From positions 1-64,000 of the IMG/VR virus record IMGVR_UViG_2706795949_000001: DNA of 64,000 nt; one strand, 5' to 3'. Shown in pieces: positions 55,251-63,423 of this stretch. Source of the DNA: a virus. Taxonomy: Duplodnaviria > Caudoviricetes. Made by a program: the position numbers and the translations under genes. The notes under the pieces were generated by a model. The model saw only the letters and a program-made list of their open reading frames with translations. It did no database searches and had not been told where the DNA came from. Each line of letters starts with the position of its first letter. Position 1 is the stretch's first letter.

Positions 55251-55382
55251 TTTTGTTTTCTCCTCTGTTGCGGTTTTTCCTTGCCCTTGGTACGCGGTGT
55301 GGGTCACCGCAGACCACCGGGGACTCCCGGCTGGCGAACTTGACGCTACCTGATGGTAGCGAGTGATAGCAAGCGGGACTTG

Positions 55383-55751
55383 CTAGACCTTGGCCTGGTT
55401 ATCGGCGGACTCGGTATTTTTGTCTGCGATTTCCGACATTTGCTGGTGAATTGCCTCGATGCCCCGCTCCTTTGCGGTGGCAATGAATCCCCCTACCAGC
55501 TCGGCGAATTCCTCGATGGTGCGCGCCTGGACACGCTGAATAATGATCCTGCTTTCAATTGCGTTAATCTTGTCAGCATCATTTCCCGCCTCGGGGTGAT
55601 AACCCTCGTGGAGCATCGTCAATTCTGACTCGTAATGCTCAATGGTGGTCTTGGATTCGTTGGAGGCGCGACTCATCCATGACTCAATCATATTGAGTAT
55701 GGCTCGATCTTCCCTGCCCTGATTTCGCTTTCGTGCATCTCGTGCTGACAT
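55383..55751 (-). CDS. Hypothetical helical protein
   Basis: 122-aa ORF in operon. Confidence 0.7.
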   Translation of the reverse strand: MSARDARKRNQGREDRAILNMIESWMSRASNESKTTIEHYESELTMLHEGYHPEAGNDADKINAIESRIIIQRVQARTIEEFAELVGGFIATAKERGIEAIHQQMSEIADKNTESADNQAKV

Positions 55752-55754
55752 TAA

Positions 55755-56576
55755 TTACCCCTTCGGTGTGAGTGCTGAAAATTTGCCGGTAGGCTTTCCG
55801 CCGAGCGCGGGCAGGTTAGCCGGGTCGTGGAATTCCTTCTTGATACGCCGCATCCAGTAGGTATAAATCGGATAGTACCCCTCTGGATTTTCCCCAACCT
55901 TATTGAACCGGGGGCGCGTAAAAGTTATCTTACCCTTCTGTACCGGTTCGACTGAGAGATTGACGACGAACCGGAACGGGTAATTGCTGAGCCGAATCTC
56001 GTTGCGGATGAATTCCTTGTACACAGTAATGCCGCTCTGCGTTAAATCCAGAACAACCGGCTTAGCGGTAGGGCTATCTATCGGCATGAGTGGCACATAC
56101 CAGTGCGGCTGGCACTGCGCGGAATGCTTTCCGTCGGTGGACCACTTAGTAAATGGACACGTGGAGCAATCCAGGCGATCGGTCTTTTTTGCTGGCACGC
56201 CTTTTTGGTTAGCGTAATCATGCCACGGAAAATTCGCCTGAGGGTTACCCCATTCGCCATCCAGAGAAATACACTGCTTGCCTTTGCTGGCGATTTTTCC
56301 GGCGTCAGCCTTGGTAGGATTGTCGTCCCTTTTGGGCCACATCTGGCGCGTCCGCACGAGACCGAGCATGACGCACTGGATTTTCTTGGGCAGCTCTTCG
56401 CCGTCCACTACGGCAGACTCTGAGACTGTGTCGTCGAGAAATTCGCACCGCGGACCGGCGGACGACCGAAAAGATGACGTGTCATGGTCAATATAAATTC
56501 GGTCGTAGCCGTTGATTTGCTTTCCGGCAGGCTTGGTGGTGGTGGGCTTGAAATTACTGTTGAAATTAAGTCCCAT
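55755..56576 (-). CDS. Hypothetical replication/recombination-region protein with Cys motifs
   Basis: CISLDG...CSTCP...CQP pattern recalled from phage replication-region proteins. Confidence 0.55.
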   Translation of the reverse strand: MGLNFNSNFKPTTTKPAGKQINGYDRIYIDHDTSSFRSSAGPRCEFLDDTVSESAVVDGEELPKKIQCVMLGLVRTRQMWPKRDDNPTKADAGKIASKGKQCISLDGEWGNPQANFPWHDYANQKGVPAKKTDRLDCSTCPFTKWSTDGKHSAQCQPHWYVPLMPIDSPTAKPVVLDLTQSGITVYKEFIRNEIRLSNYPFRFVVNLSVEPVQKGKITFTRPRFNKVGENPEGYYPIYTYWMRRIKKEFHDPANLPALGGKPTGKFSALTPKG

Positions 56577-57024
56577 CCTGGTCCCACCCGAACCTTCCGA
56601 ATTTAGCTTGATTCTTCTTCTTGCGCTTGTTTTGCCGGTACAGCTCGGGCAGGCCCTTTTGGAAAGCTCCTACCTCGAAAGAAAAGAACCGGCGCGGCTT
56701 GAAAGCGGACTTCGCAAATCCGATCTCTTCCCATTTTTCCAGGATGCCCCACACCGCACCAGAGCTACACGGTTTTCCGTCCAGCTTCTGCACTTCGTGA
56801 GCAATGTATTCCGCGGTGGGCACGACCTCCGAGAAATGGTTCACGAACCAATCCTTGACGACATACTCGACCAGCATTTCCAGTTCACCGCGTGCTCGGC
56901 GACCTGATTCGGTCTCAGGAAACTTCGGTACCGGTGGCACGGTTTTCCCGTCCCACGCTTCGGCGAGTGTGGGAATCCCCTTGTCGGTGAAACTAAAAAC
57001 CGGGTCAGGCTTTCGGGGGCTCAT
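56566..57024 (-). CDS. Hypothetical protein, possible winged helix
   Basis: Start moved to 57024; helix-turn-helix-like middle, basic tail. Confidence 0.55.
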   Translation of the reverse strand: MSPRKPDPVFSFTDKGIPTLAEAWDGKTVPPVPKFPETESGRRARGELEMLVEYVVKDWFVNHFSEVVPTAEYIAHEVQKLDGKPCSSGAVWGILEKWEEIGFAKSAFKPRRFFSFEVGAFQKGLPELYRQNKRKKKNQAKFGRFGWDQDGT

Positions 57025-57268
57025 TATTTTGCTTCCTTCCGAGCACCTGATAATCGAAATCAGGGCCATAAATCACGAGTTCGTCATCGACCTTGCATAT
57101 GTAAATCTTTTCGCCAGGTTTCATGACCAGCTTTCGGTCCGCTACTTCTACCAGAAATTCCCTGAATTTCTGTAGGCAGAAACTTTCTGGACCGGTCGCC
57201 AGTAACCTGACTTTGCCACCCAGGCTTTCGGCAATTAATTTATGCGTATTGACACCCAGCCTGTTCAT
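57005..57268 (-). CDS. Hypothetical protein
   Basis: 87-aa coupled ORF. Confidence 0.65.
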   Translation of the reverse strand: MNRLGVNTHKLIAESLGGKVRLLATGPESFCLQKFREFLVEVADRKLVMKPGEKIYICKVDDELVIYGPDFDYQVLGRKQNNEPPKA

Positions 57269-57276
57269 GGCTTACC

Positions 57277-57675
57277 TCACTTTGCTGGTGCTTGGTCAAT
57301 AACTACAGGGAACAAACTTAGGACGCCGATTCGATATCCACCGGTCTTGATATCGTAGGTCTCGTTTTCCTTGAGCTGAGACCACCGATCCCACGAATTG
57401 AATCCACCGGCGAAGCTGTCTTCGACGTCAAAAGTTCCGCAGCTCGTGGTGAGCCGGTAGGTGCGGGAGGTGTTTCCCTCGGTTGAGCTGTATAGAATAT
57501 CCTTATTCTGTACCGTGCAATCGCTGTGCCACGTCTGATTCATGTATCCCCAGCGCATCCAGGTCACAATAAATGTGACAATGATGGCGACCACAATAAA
57601 GATTCCCGCACCTATTGCAATCAGCGGAGCGTAATCGCGAATCCAGCTGAACGATCGGTTGAAAAAGTTACGCAT
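57277..57675 (-). CDS. Membrane-anchored exported protein of a common actinophage family
   Basis: N-terminal TM then CTVQNKD...TSCGTF.VEDS...GYRIG. Confidence 0.75.
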   Translation of the reverse strand: MRNFFNRSFSWIRDYAPLIAIGAGIFIVVAIIVTFIVTWMRWGYMNQTWHSDCTVQNKDILYSSTEGNTSRTYRLTTSCGTFDVEDSFAGGFNSWDRWSQLKENETYDIKTGGYRIGVLSLFPVVIDQAPAK

Positions 57676-57677
57676 TG

Positions 57678-58022
57678 TTATCCCCACTTAATTTGATCTT
57701 TGAGTGCATCAAGAATGATGACAAGTTTTCCAGCAGTAATCTTCGCCTTGCTCAGGCGTCGAACGCTAGTGCTCAATATAATCAGAATGGCGCCAATGAA
57801 ATAGACTGGCTCCCACCATTGCCACCAGCTGAATTTTATGTTGACCAGTAGCGCTATGATTCCAAAAATTACGGTGAACCGTATGCACGCCCGCTCTATG
57901 CCCAGAGATTCGTCAATCTCCTTGACGCTCTTTTTCGCGAACTTAATTTCCTTGTCGAGCCATTCGCGAGCGCTTTTTCTTGACTCGGGGTCGTACGGGT
58001 TGTACTCAAACGGCTCGGTCAT
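57678..58022 (-). CDS. 2-TM membrane protein
   Basis: Two hydrophobic segments. Confidence 0.7.
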   Translation of the reverse strand: MTEPFEYNPYDPESRKSAREWLDKEIKFAKKSVKEIDESLGIERACIRFTVIFGIIALLVNIKFSWWQWWEPVYFIGAILIILSTSVRRLSKAKITAGKLVIILDALKDQIKWG

Positions 58023-58375
58023 TTTGCGTGACTCCCCGGTCCGTAATTTTCAGGATCGAGCTTGTCCCAATCCTCGTACATCTTTTTAAGCCTCTTGGTG
58101 AGCCTGTTGGTGGTACTCGATGCACAGTGCCTGCCATAGGCTGCATTTGTGGCACGCTCGTAGAGTTCAAAGTTATCTAGGCTGGAGATAATTACCACGC
58201 CTTCGTAATCCGGATACTTGGGATTTATCGTCAGCTCAATGCATCCGAGACCGTTTGGTCCGCCGTGGTTTTTCACTACTCGATACACCCGGCCCGACAC
58301 GGTATTTTGGATCGTGTCATTAATGAGTATGTCATTAAAGTCGAGTGGCTTCTTTTTTGCGCGTCCTAATCTCAT
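58019..58375 (-). CDS. Hypothetical protein
   Basis: Coupled ORF downstream of the recombinase. Confidence 0.65.
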   Translation of the reverse strand: MRLGRAKKKPLDFNDILINDTIQNTVSGRVYRVVKNHGGPNGLGCIELTINPKYPDYEGVVIISSLDNFELYERATNAAYGRHCASSTTNRLTKRLKKMYEDWDKLDPENYGPGSHAK

Positions 58376-59172
58376 GCGAAATTCACTCCATTCCGTACCC
58401 GACTATCGGCGAGTCCGAGGTATTGCTGTGTCTGTGCCACCGAGCTGTGTCCGAGCAGACGCTGAACCAAAACCAGGTCGCGGCTACTCTGCTCATACAA
58501 TTCGGTGGCGAATGTGGCGCGAAGGTCGTGGCTGGTAATGCTGTCGCCGTTGCCGTGACGCACGCCAATATTCGAGAATGCTTCGGTGATCTTTTCTCGT
58601 GCCCACCGATCCTGTAGGCCGACCATCTTTTCGCGGGGATTCTTCGGGGCGCACTCCAGAAGAATTGCTTCCAGCTCTGTGCTCACCGGAATAACGCGAG
58701 TCTTTCCGCCCTTGCCGGTAATCCTGAGAGCCTGCGCGGCGCGGTCCCAGCTCTGGCCGGTCACTGCCAGCGACTCCGCGACCCGCAGCCCCGCCAGCGC
58801 GCCGAGAGCGATGAGCAGTCGCACGCGGCGGTCCGTGACAGTCCCTAGAACCGCCCTGACGACCACGATGCCGCCTGGTACCGGGTGCGGGGTAGGCGCG
58901 CCTACCGTGGGCAGCTTGTAGGCGCACAGGGCGGCGTCGGCGGCGGCGTCCCCGGTGAACCGGGTCCAAGCCTTGAGCGCGGCGGTGCGGGATTTGAGCG
59001 TGGCCGGACTGGCTCCGGAATTCCGCGATTCGATGAGCCATTCGATGGGGTCGGCGTAATTCAGGTCGAGAAACTGGCGAACGATGTTCGTGTAAATACG
59101 AACCGTGTTCTTCGACTTGCCGACGCGAAAAAGGCTGGCTTCAAAATTATCAAGCGAGTGAGAATTATTCAT
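58372..59172 (-). CDS. Simple (Xer/Cre-type) tyrosine recombinase without arm-binding domain
   Basis: GLRVAE, GKGGK, HDLRATF, LLGHSS, QQY catalytic R-K-H-R-H-Y set; only 266 aa. Confidence 0.92.
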   Translation of the reverse strand: MNNSHSLDNFEASLFRVGKSKNTVRIYTNIVRQFLDLNYADPIEWLIESRNSGASPATLKSRTAALKAWTRFTGDAAADAALCAYKLPTVGAPTPHPVPGGIVVVRAVLGTVTDRRVRLLIALGALAGLRVAESLAVTGQSWDRAAQALRITGKGGKTRVIPVSTELEAILLECAPKNPREKMVGLQDRWAREKITEAFSNIGVRHGNGDSITSHDLRATFATELYEQSSRDLVLVQRLLGHSSVAQTQQYLGLADSRVRNGVNFA

Positions 59173-59261
59173 GGTGAGTGAGTCCCCGTGAGTGAGTGAG
59201 GTCTAGCAGGTCCGATGAGGCCACGCTACCGGCGTTCCCCTTTAATTGCAAGTTACCGGCA

Positions 59262-60179
59262 CTAGGTGCCGTTCCAGCCCAGGTCAACGCGGTCCCACGG
59301 TCCCGGCGTGTGGGCCAGGAACAGGGCTGACCGCCCCGTCAGGCGCTCCGTGACCCGCGACGGTCCCTCGGGGTCCACCAGGGCAGAGGGATGCACAGAG
59401 ACGTTCATAAGGGCCGGGTCCAGGTCGAGTTGTCGCAAGGCTTGTTCCACCATCGGTGAAATGTTTCCGTGGTGGCGGAATGCTCCGCTATCGAGAATCT
59501 TTCCCTCGCTGGAAAACATATCGAGCCATGCCGAACGCAGCGCATTAAATGTCACCATGCCAAGCGGAAACATTCCAAGGTAAAATTCATCACCGTCGGG
59601 ACTAATATAGTTGTACGAGTAAATCTGGTCCGACGTTTCTGTAACAGACACTGGCGCAAAAATTCCCAGACTCGGGATAATCGGCAACATAAAATTGTCC
59701 AACTCCATAAGCGGCGCGCATCCCGTGTCGTGGAGTGCGGCGGGCCAAATGAAATTATCCAGCAGAATATTGTGCAGAATAGACACCGTCTCAAGGCGCG
59801 CCACTGAATGCTTTACTGCCGAGTCTTGCTGATCTGGCACGGCAAATACGATACTGCCGAACTCCGGTTCGTTATATTCCGTGTCGTGCCACTTATGCAC
59901 CGTCTTGGTATTTACCATGACCACGGACTCGTGGATATCATGCAACACGGTAACCAGAGGCTCGGCTTTAAGTGTCTCGTCGTACTCGAAATACAGAATA
60001 CCGTTGGCGCTCGCCAATCGAGACAGCGTATTGCTGTGCAGATATTCCCGCTTGGAATTCTTGATTGCCTGAGTGCCGTACCCTTGTGCAGACATAATCG
60101 CGCCAGCGATAGGCGGGTTGTTACGTGTTTGCGTCAACGCGGAGACCAGGATATCCCCGGCATCCATAGCTCGTGCCAT
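59262..60179 (-). CDS. Hypothetical protein (305 aa)
   Basis: TAGGAG RBS; no motif recognised. Confidence 0.75.
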   Translation of the reverse strand: MARAMDAGDILVSALTQTRNNPPIAGAIMSAQGYGTQAIKNSKREYLHSNTLSRLASANGILYFEYDETLKAEPLVTVLHDIHESVVMVNTKTVHKWHDTEYNEPEFGSIVFAVPDQQDSAVKHSVARLETVSILHNILLDNFIWPAALHDTGCAPLMELDNFMLPIIPSLGIFAPVSVTETSDQIYSYNYISPDGDEFYLGMFPLGMVTFNALRSAWLDMFSSEGKILDSGAFRHHGNISPMVEQALRQLDLDPALMNVSVHPSALVDPEGPSRVTERLTGRSALFLAHTPGPWDRVDLGWNGT

Positions 60180-60181
60180 GA

Positions 60182-60535
60182 TTATTCTCCTAGCATTCCG
60201 AACACTCGGAATATGTCGATGGTTCTCTGTAGTTCGCCAATATCATTATCGAGCGGTTCATTTGCGGGAATCACCGCCCCAGCCGAAATTTCCGCTTTTT
60301 TACTTGAGCGCGGCTGTGGTGCGGGTGCTGGCTGAGGCTCTGTCCCAGCCGAAATTTCCGCTTTTTTACTTGAATCCGGCCCAGCCGGAGCCGGTCGCGT
60401 GGGCAGGTTAAATCTGTTCGCGACCGGCTCCGGAGCGGCGGAATTCTTTCGGGGCTTACTCGGCACCTTTTTCTCGGGACTGCCCTTTTGCCGGCTCGGC
60501 TCTGACGGAATTAATCCACCAAACAAATCAGTCAT
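60182..60535 (-). CDS. Low-complexity protein with an internal duplication
   Basis: SSKKAEISAG x2; coupled to both neighbours. Confidence 0.55.
   Translation of the reverse strand: MTDLFGGLIPSEPSRQKGSPEKKVPSKPRKNSAAPEPVANRFNLPTRPAPAGPDSSKKAEISAGTEPQPAPAPQPRSSKKAEISAGAVIPANEPLDNDIGELQRTIDIFRVFGMLGE
60278..60373. repeat. 30-bp perfect direct repeat x2 with a 36-bp spacer
   Basis: CCCAGCCGAAATTTCCGCTTTTTTACTTGA at 60278-60307 and 60344-60373. Confidence 0.9.
60385..60433. repeat. 15-bp perfect inverted repeat with a 19-nt loop
   Basis: CCGGAGCCGGTCGCG / CGCGACCGGCTCCGG. Confidence 0.9.
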
Positions 60536-60777
60536 CAGAAAGGCATCCCGTGTCCGGTGCGCTTGCGCACCTTATTCAAGTCCTGGTACCAGAAAAATTT
60601 CTCTTCCGGCAGCCTGTATCTCGGAAAATTCACTGTGAGATTGAGCCTGCCGATATCAATAACCAGTGTCTGCTCCCACCAGTTCACTGCGAATTTGCCC
60701 GGACCGCCACAGGCCGGACAGGATTTCTCGAACCTATCTCGTGCCACGAATTTGCGCACTTCGATTCGCTTAATCAT
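60535..60777 (-). CDS. Small hypothetical protein (CPAC motif)
   Basis: Start moved to ATG 60777. Confidence 0.55.
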   Translation of the reverse strand: MIKRIEVRKFVARDRFEKSCPACGGPGKFAVNWWEQTLVIDIGRLNLTVNFPRYRLPEEKFFWYQDLNKVRKRTGHGMPF

Positions 60778-61177
60778 CGGTATACATTCCCCTCCTGTTG
60801 ATGAAATCTTCCCGCTCACGAGCCAGTGAAATTTCCTCAATGGAAATACACTCAGTATTCAGGCATCTAAGTATAAAGTCCATGCGCTTCTGTTCATCTT
60901 TAAGGCCATCAATTTCGTGGGCGCATCTCACGTGAACCCTAGCCTTTGAGAGGCCCTCCATTCTTCCTGAGTATTCCGCGACTCGGCATGAATACTCGAA
61001 GAATCTAATGTCCAGCATGAAGCTCAGTTTTTCGGTGGCCGACTTAAATCCGTCAGGATCGTCGCGCATGGTGAGCGCCTTCTTGATGATTTTCCAGCGC
61101 AAATCAAGCGTATTGCTGTCCAGAAATCTCCAGTACCAATGCTTGGTCTTTGTGAATATTCCGGTTCTAATGCTCAT
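60770..61177 (-). CDS. Hypothetical protein
   Basis: ATGA-coupled 135-aa ORF. Confidence 0.65.
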   Translation of the reverse strand: MSIRTGIFTKTKHWYWRFLDSNTLDLRWKIIKKALTMRDDPDGFKSATEKLSFMLDIRFFEYSCRVAEYSGRMEGLSKARVHVRCAHEIDGLKDEQKRMDFILRCLNTECISIEEISLAREREDFINRRGMYTDD

Positions 61178-62019
61178 GCCGTCATTCCCAATACTTCCTT
61201 GACCTGCTCCTCGCCGATCTTAAATGTCTGTGCAATCTGGATCACACTAAACCCAGAGGCATGGACACTCTTGATTGACGCCACAATTCCAGGGTCGACG
61301 GGGCCAGCATTGCTGGGCGGTGTCACGACAGGGACAGCCGGTGCCGGTGCCGCCACAGTTTGTGTTCCAGATTTCTTCGGTGCTGGCGCTGGCTTTTCCT
61401 CTGGAACAGGCTGTGGCTTTTCTTGCGCCGCAGGGATAGCCGTATCCGTAAAACCCGGCGTCGGCGGCATCTCCTGTCCGGAAACGCTGGCCTGGTAGCG
61501 CTCCATTGCCAGCATGACAACTTCGTCGGAAGTCTGGAAATACGGATGGCTGGCAATCTGAATCGCAATTGCCAGACCTCGACCCGCCGCAGTCTTTGCG
61601 GTCTTGTCGACCATGTTTTCCAGGAAATCGCACAGCTCTTCCTGGGTCTGAACTTCATTAATTCGGTTCGGGTCGGCAGCGGCACCTTCCCATTCCATTG
61701 CCTGCTTCATGTAATTATCCAGCTCAAGCCACAGCTGCTGAATAATGGTCGGTGCCATCGGGTTTCTCCTTTTGTCGTGAAAGTTCTTGTGATGCTCGCC
61801 CATATAATCCCACTGGACGATGGGTCGTGCTGTGTAATCGGCAGGCCACTTACACATGGGGCAATCCATTGCTACCGCAACTTGACCGGGCACTGATATT
61901 CCTCCGCTTAGGTGCTCGGTATCACCGAGTTTGTGCCACCACCGATGCTTGGGTTTCTCGAACCTGAAATCAGAATCCGGAAACCATCCACTACAGGTGA
62001 GGCATATTTGTTCAGCCAT
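61174..62019 (-). CDS. Hypothetical protein with N-terminal Zn motifs and C-terminal HTH-like segment; strong internal start at 61758
   Basis: CLTC, CPMC...H..H; AAGGAG RBS before the in-frame ATG at 61758; C-terminal VIQIAQTFKIGEEQVKEVL. Confidence 0.6.
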   Translation of the reverse strand: MAEQICLTCSGWFPDSDFRFEKPKHRWWHKLGDTEHLSGGISVPGQVAVAMDCPMCKWPADYTARPIVQWDYMGEHHKNFHDKRRNPMAPTIIQQLWLELDNYMKQAMEWEGAAADPNRINEVQTQEELCDFLENMVDKTAKTAAGRGLAIAIQIASHPYFQTSDEVVMLAMERYQASVSGQEMPPTPGFTDTAIPAAQEKPQPVPEEKPAPAPKKSGTQTVAAPAPAVPVVTPPSNAGPVDPGIVASIKSVHASGFSVIQIAQTFKIGEEQVKEVLGMTA

Positions 62020-62311
62020 AAGGCCCATGCTTCTTATATGCGTGGTGCTGGAACCTCGCAATAGTGGACCGCTCACCGCATTCTCCGCATATCCAGCCAA
62101 CCGGCAGGCGGAAGAACTGGATATATCCACCTGCCACCAGCGGTGCCATGATCCGCACGGTTTCCACCGGGTCAGCCCTGTGACGCATTTCTTTTCTGGT
62201 GAGCGTTAGTTCTTCTTGCTTAGTGAGGCGCTTCACCGCCGTGTAGATATTATTCACTGACTTCTCCCGAAAGTCGGTTGTACCAGTTCCAGAACCAGCT
62301 CTTCTTTTCAT
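62012..62311 (-). CDS. Hypothetical protein with C-terminal C2H2-like finger
   Basis: CGEC...H...H; start estimated. Confidence 0.55.
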   Translation of the reverse strand: MKRRAGSGTGTTDFREKSVNNIYTAVKRLTKQEELTLTRKEMRHRADPVETVRIMAPLVAGGYIQFFRLPVGWICGECGERSTIARFQHHAYKKHGPYG

Positions 62312-62648
62312 GGTTCCTTTCCCGCCGGTAATGGTTTCCCCACCTTTCATCATCAATGACAATAAAGGCGTGCGACATGCACAACTTGATCGGCACTCCT
62401 TTATTGTCGACGAATACATATCCGGCGTTATTCTTGCAGCGGTGCTTTTCGATTACCGCCCTCCGCTTTTCCTCGGATACGCCGCTGTCATCCTTGAAAA
62501 TCGCATACATGGGCAGCTTGCCGTATTTGATTTGCTCACAGCGTGCCTTTTCTGCTGTCGCCGGATACTCCGCAATTCTCGGCGCGGAAGCCAGATATTC
62601 TTTTCTGGTCCTGATAATCAGGCTGATCGGCTTTAGGTTATTAGCCAT
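62250..62648 (-). CDS. Hypothetical protein with Cys/His motifs
   Basis: CAGGAG RBS before ATG 62648. Confidence 0.6.
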   Translation of the reverse strand: MANNLKPISLIIRTRKEYLASAPRIAEYPATAEKARCEQIKYGKLPMYAIFKDDSGVSEEKRRAVIEKHRCKNNAGYVFVDNKGVPIKLCMSHAFIVIDDERWGNHYRRERNHEKKSWFWNWYNRLSGEVSE

Positions 62649-62940
62649 TGGTTTCTTCTCCTGTATAATCAACTGGGATACATGACGCCTGCCGCTCATC
62701 TATCCAGTCCAATTCGTTGCGCTGATCGAGGACCGCGAGACATTCCCGGTCCACATGAATTCCGTATTCGATGATCGGGTCTTTCGCGGCGTAATCTCGC
62801 GCCTCTAGAATCGTGTCGAACACGGGCGATTTCTCGTCCGGCTGCACCTCCTCGGGGTCGCTCGCGAAACCCATGACCGCCGTGTACTTGCCAGCAATAG
62901 CCGGGTGTTTGCATATGCGCCAGTAATTGTCGGCGGACAT
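62641..62940 (-). CDS. Hypothetical protein
   Basis: AAGGAG RBS before ATG 62940. Confidence 0.7.
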   Translation of the reverse strand: MSADNYWRICKHPAIAGKYTAVMGFASDPEEVQPDEKSPVFDTILEARDYAAKDPIIEYGIHVDRECLAVLDQRNELDWIDERQASCIPVDYTGEETNG

Positions 62941-62944
62941 TGTG

Positions 62945-63205
62945 TTACTCCTTCTCGCTGGATTCTTTGCCGCAGGATTTGCACACGTAGACAATTTCTA
63001 CGCGCTGTACCGGCGTGCCGACGCCGCCTGTGCCTTGTGGCGGAATTCGCGTCGGCGGGTCAATGTAGTAGCCATCTGCCTGTGCGCGAGTCATATCACT
63101 GGCACATTTCTTGCACATTTTCGGCCCGCCGCAGCGTGCCTTGCCTCTGTCTTTTCGCGGGTACACGTGACCGTGTCCGCCAGGCACTGCCGGTGGAATT
63201 CTCAT
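62945..63205 (-). CDS. Small Zn-binding protein
   Basis: H...RCGG..MCKKC and CKSC motifs. Confidence 0.65.
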   Translation of the reverse strand: MRIPPAVPGGHGHVYPRKDRGKARCGGPKMCKKCASDMTRAQADGYYIDPPTRIPPQGTGGVGTPVQRVEIVYVCKSCGKESSEKE

Positions 63206-63423
63206 GAGTGAAACCCCTTGTCTACTTTGGCCTTTGTGTTATACGGCTCGTCGACTTTCAGGCTCGGAAATCCCAGCTCTCCGAGCTTTTCTTTTACTGC
63301 GCGCTTGATCGCCTTTTCAATTGTTACCTCCGGCACCAATTGATTGGCCTTGATATAGTCGCCGTACGCGCCCATCCACTCTTCTTCAAGAACCTCCACC
63401 GTCACTATTGTCGTGACCCGCAT
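63202..63423 (-). CDS. Hypothetical protein
   Basis: Start estimated at ATG 63423. Confidence 0.55.
   Translation of the reverse strand: MRVTTIVTVEVLEEEWMGAYGDYIKANQLVPEVTIEKAIKRAVKEKLGELGFPSLKVDEPYNTKAKVDKGFHS

Noticed and set aside
55255-55386. tRNA or tRNA-like call for the four-hairpin region
   Set aside because: No acceptor stem closing the arms and no T-loop or D-loop consensus, despite a nearby ACCA
55395-55408. Third copy of the dif-like site
   Set aside because: Only one arm plus part of the spacer, inside coding sequence (Ala-Asp-Asn-Gln); chance match plausible
60278-60373. CRISPR array call
   Set aside because: Only two repeats, in-frame within an ORF, no leader and no cas operon; the Cas4-like gene is an ordinary phage exonuclease. 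Kept only as a repeat finding
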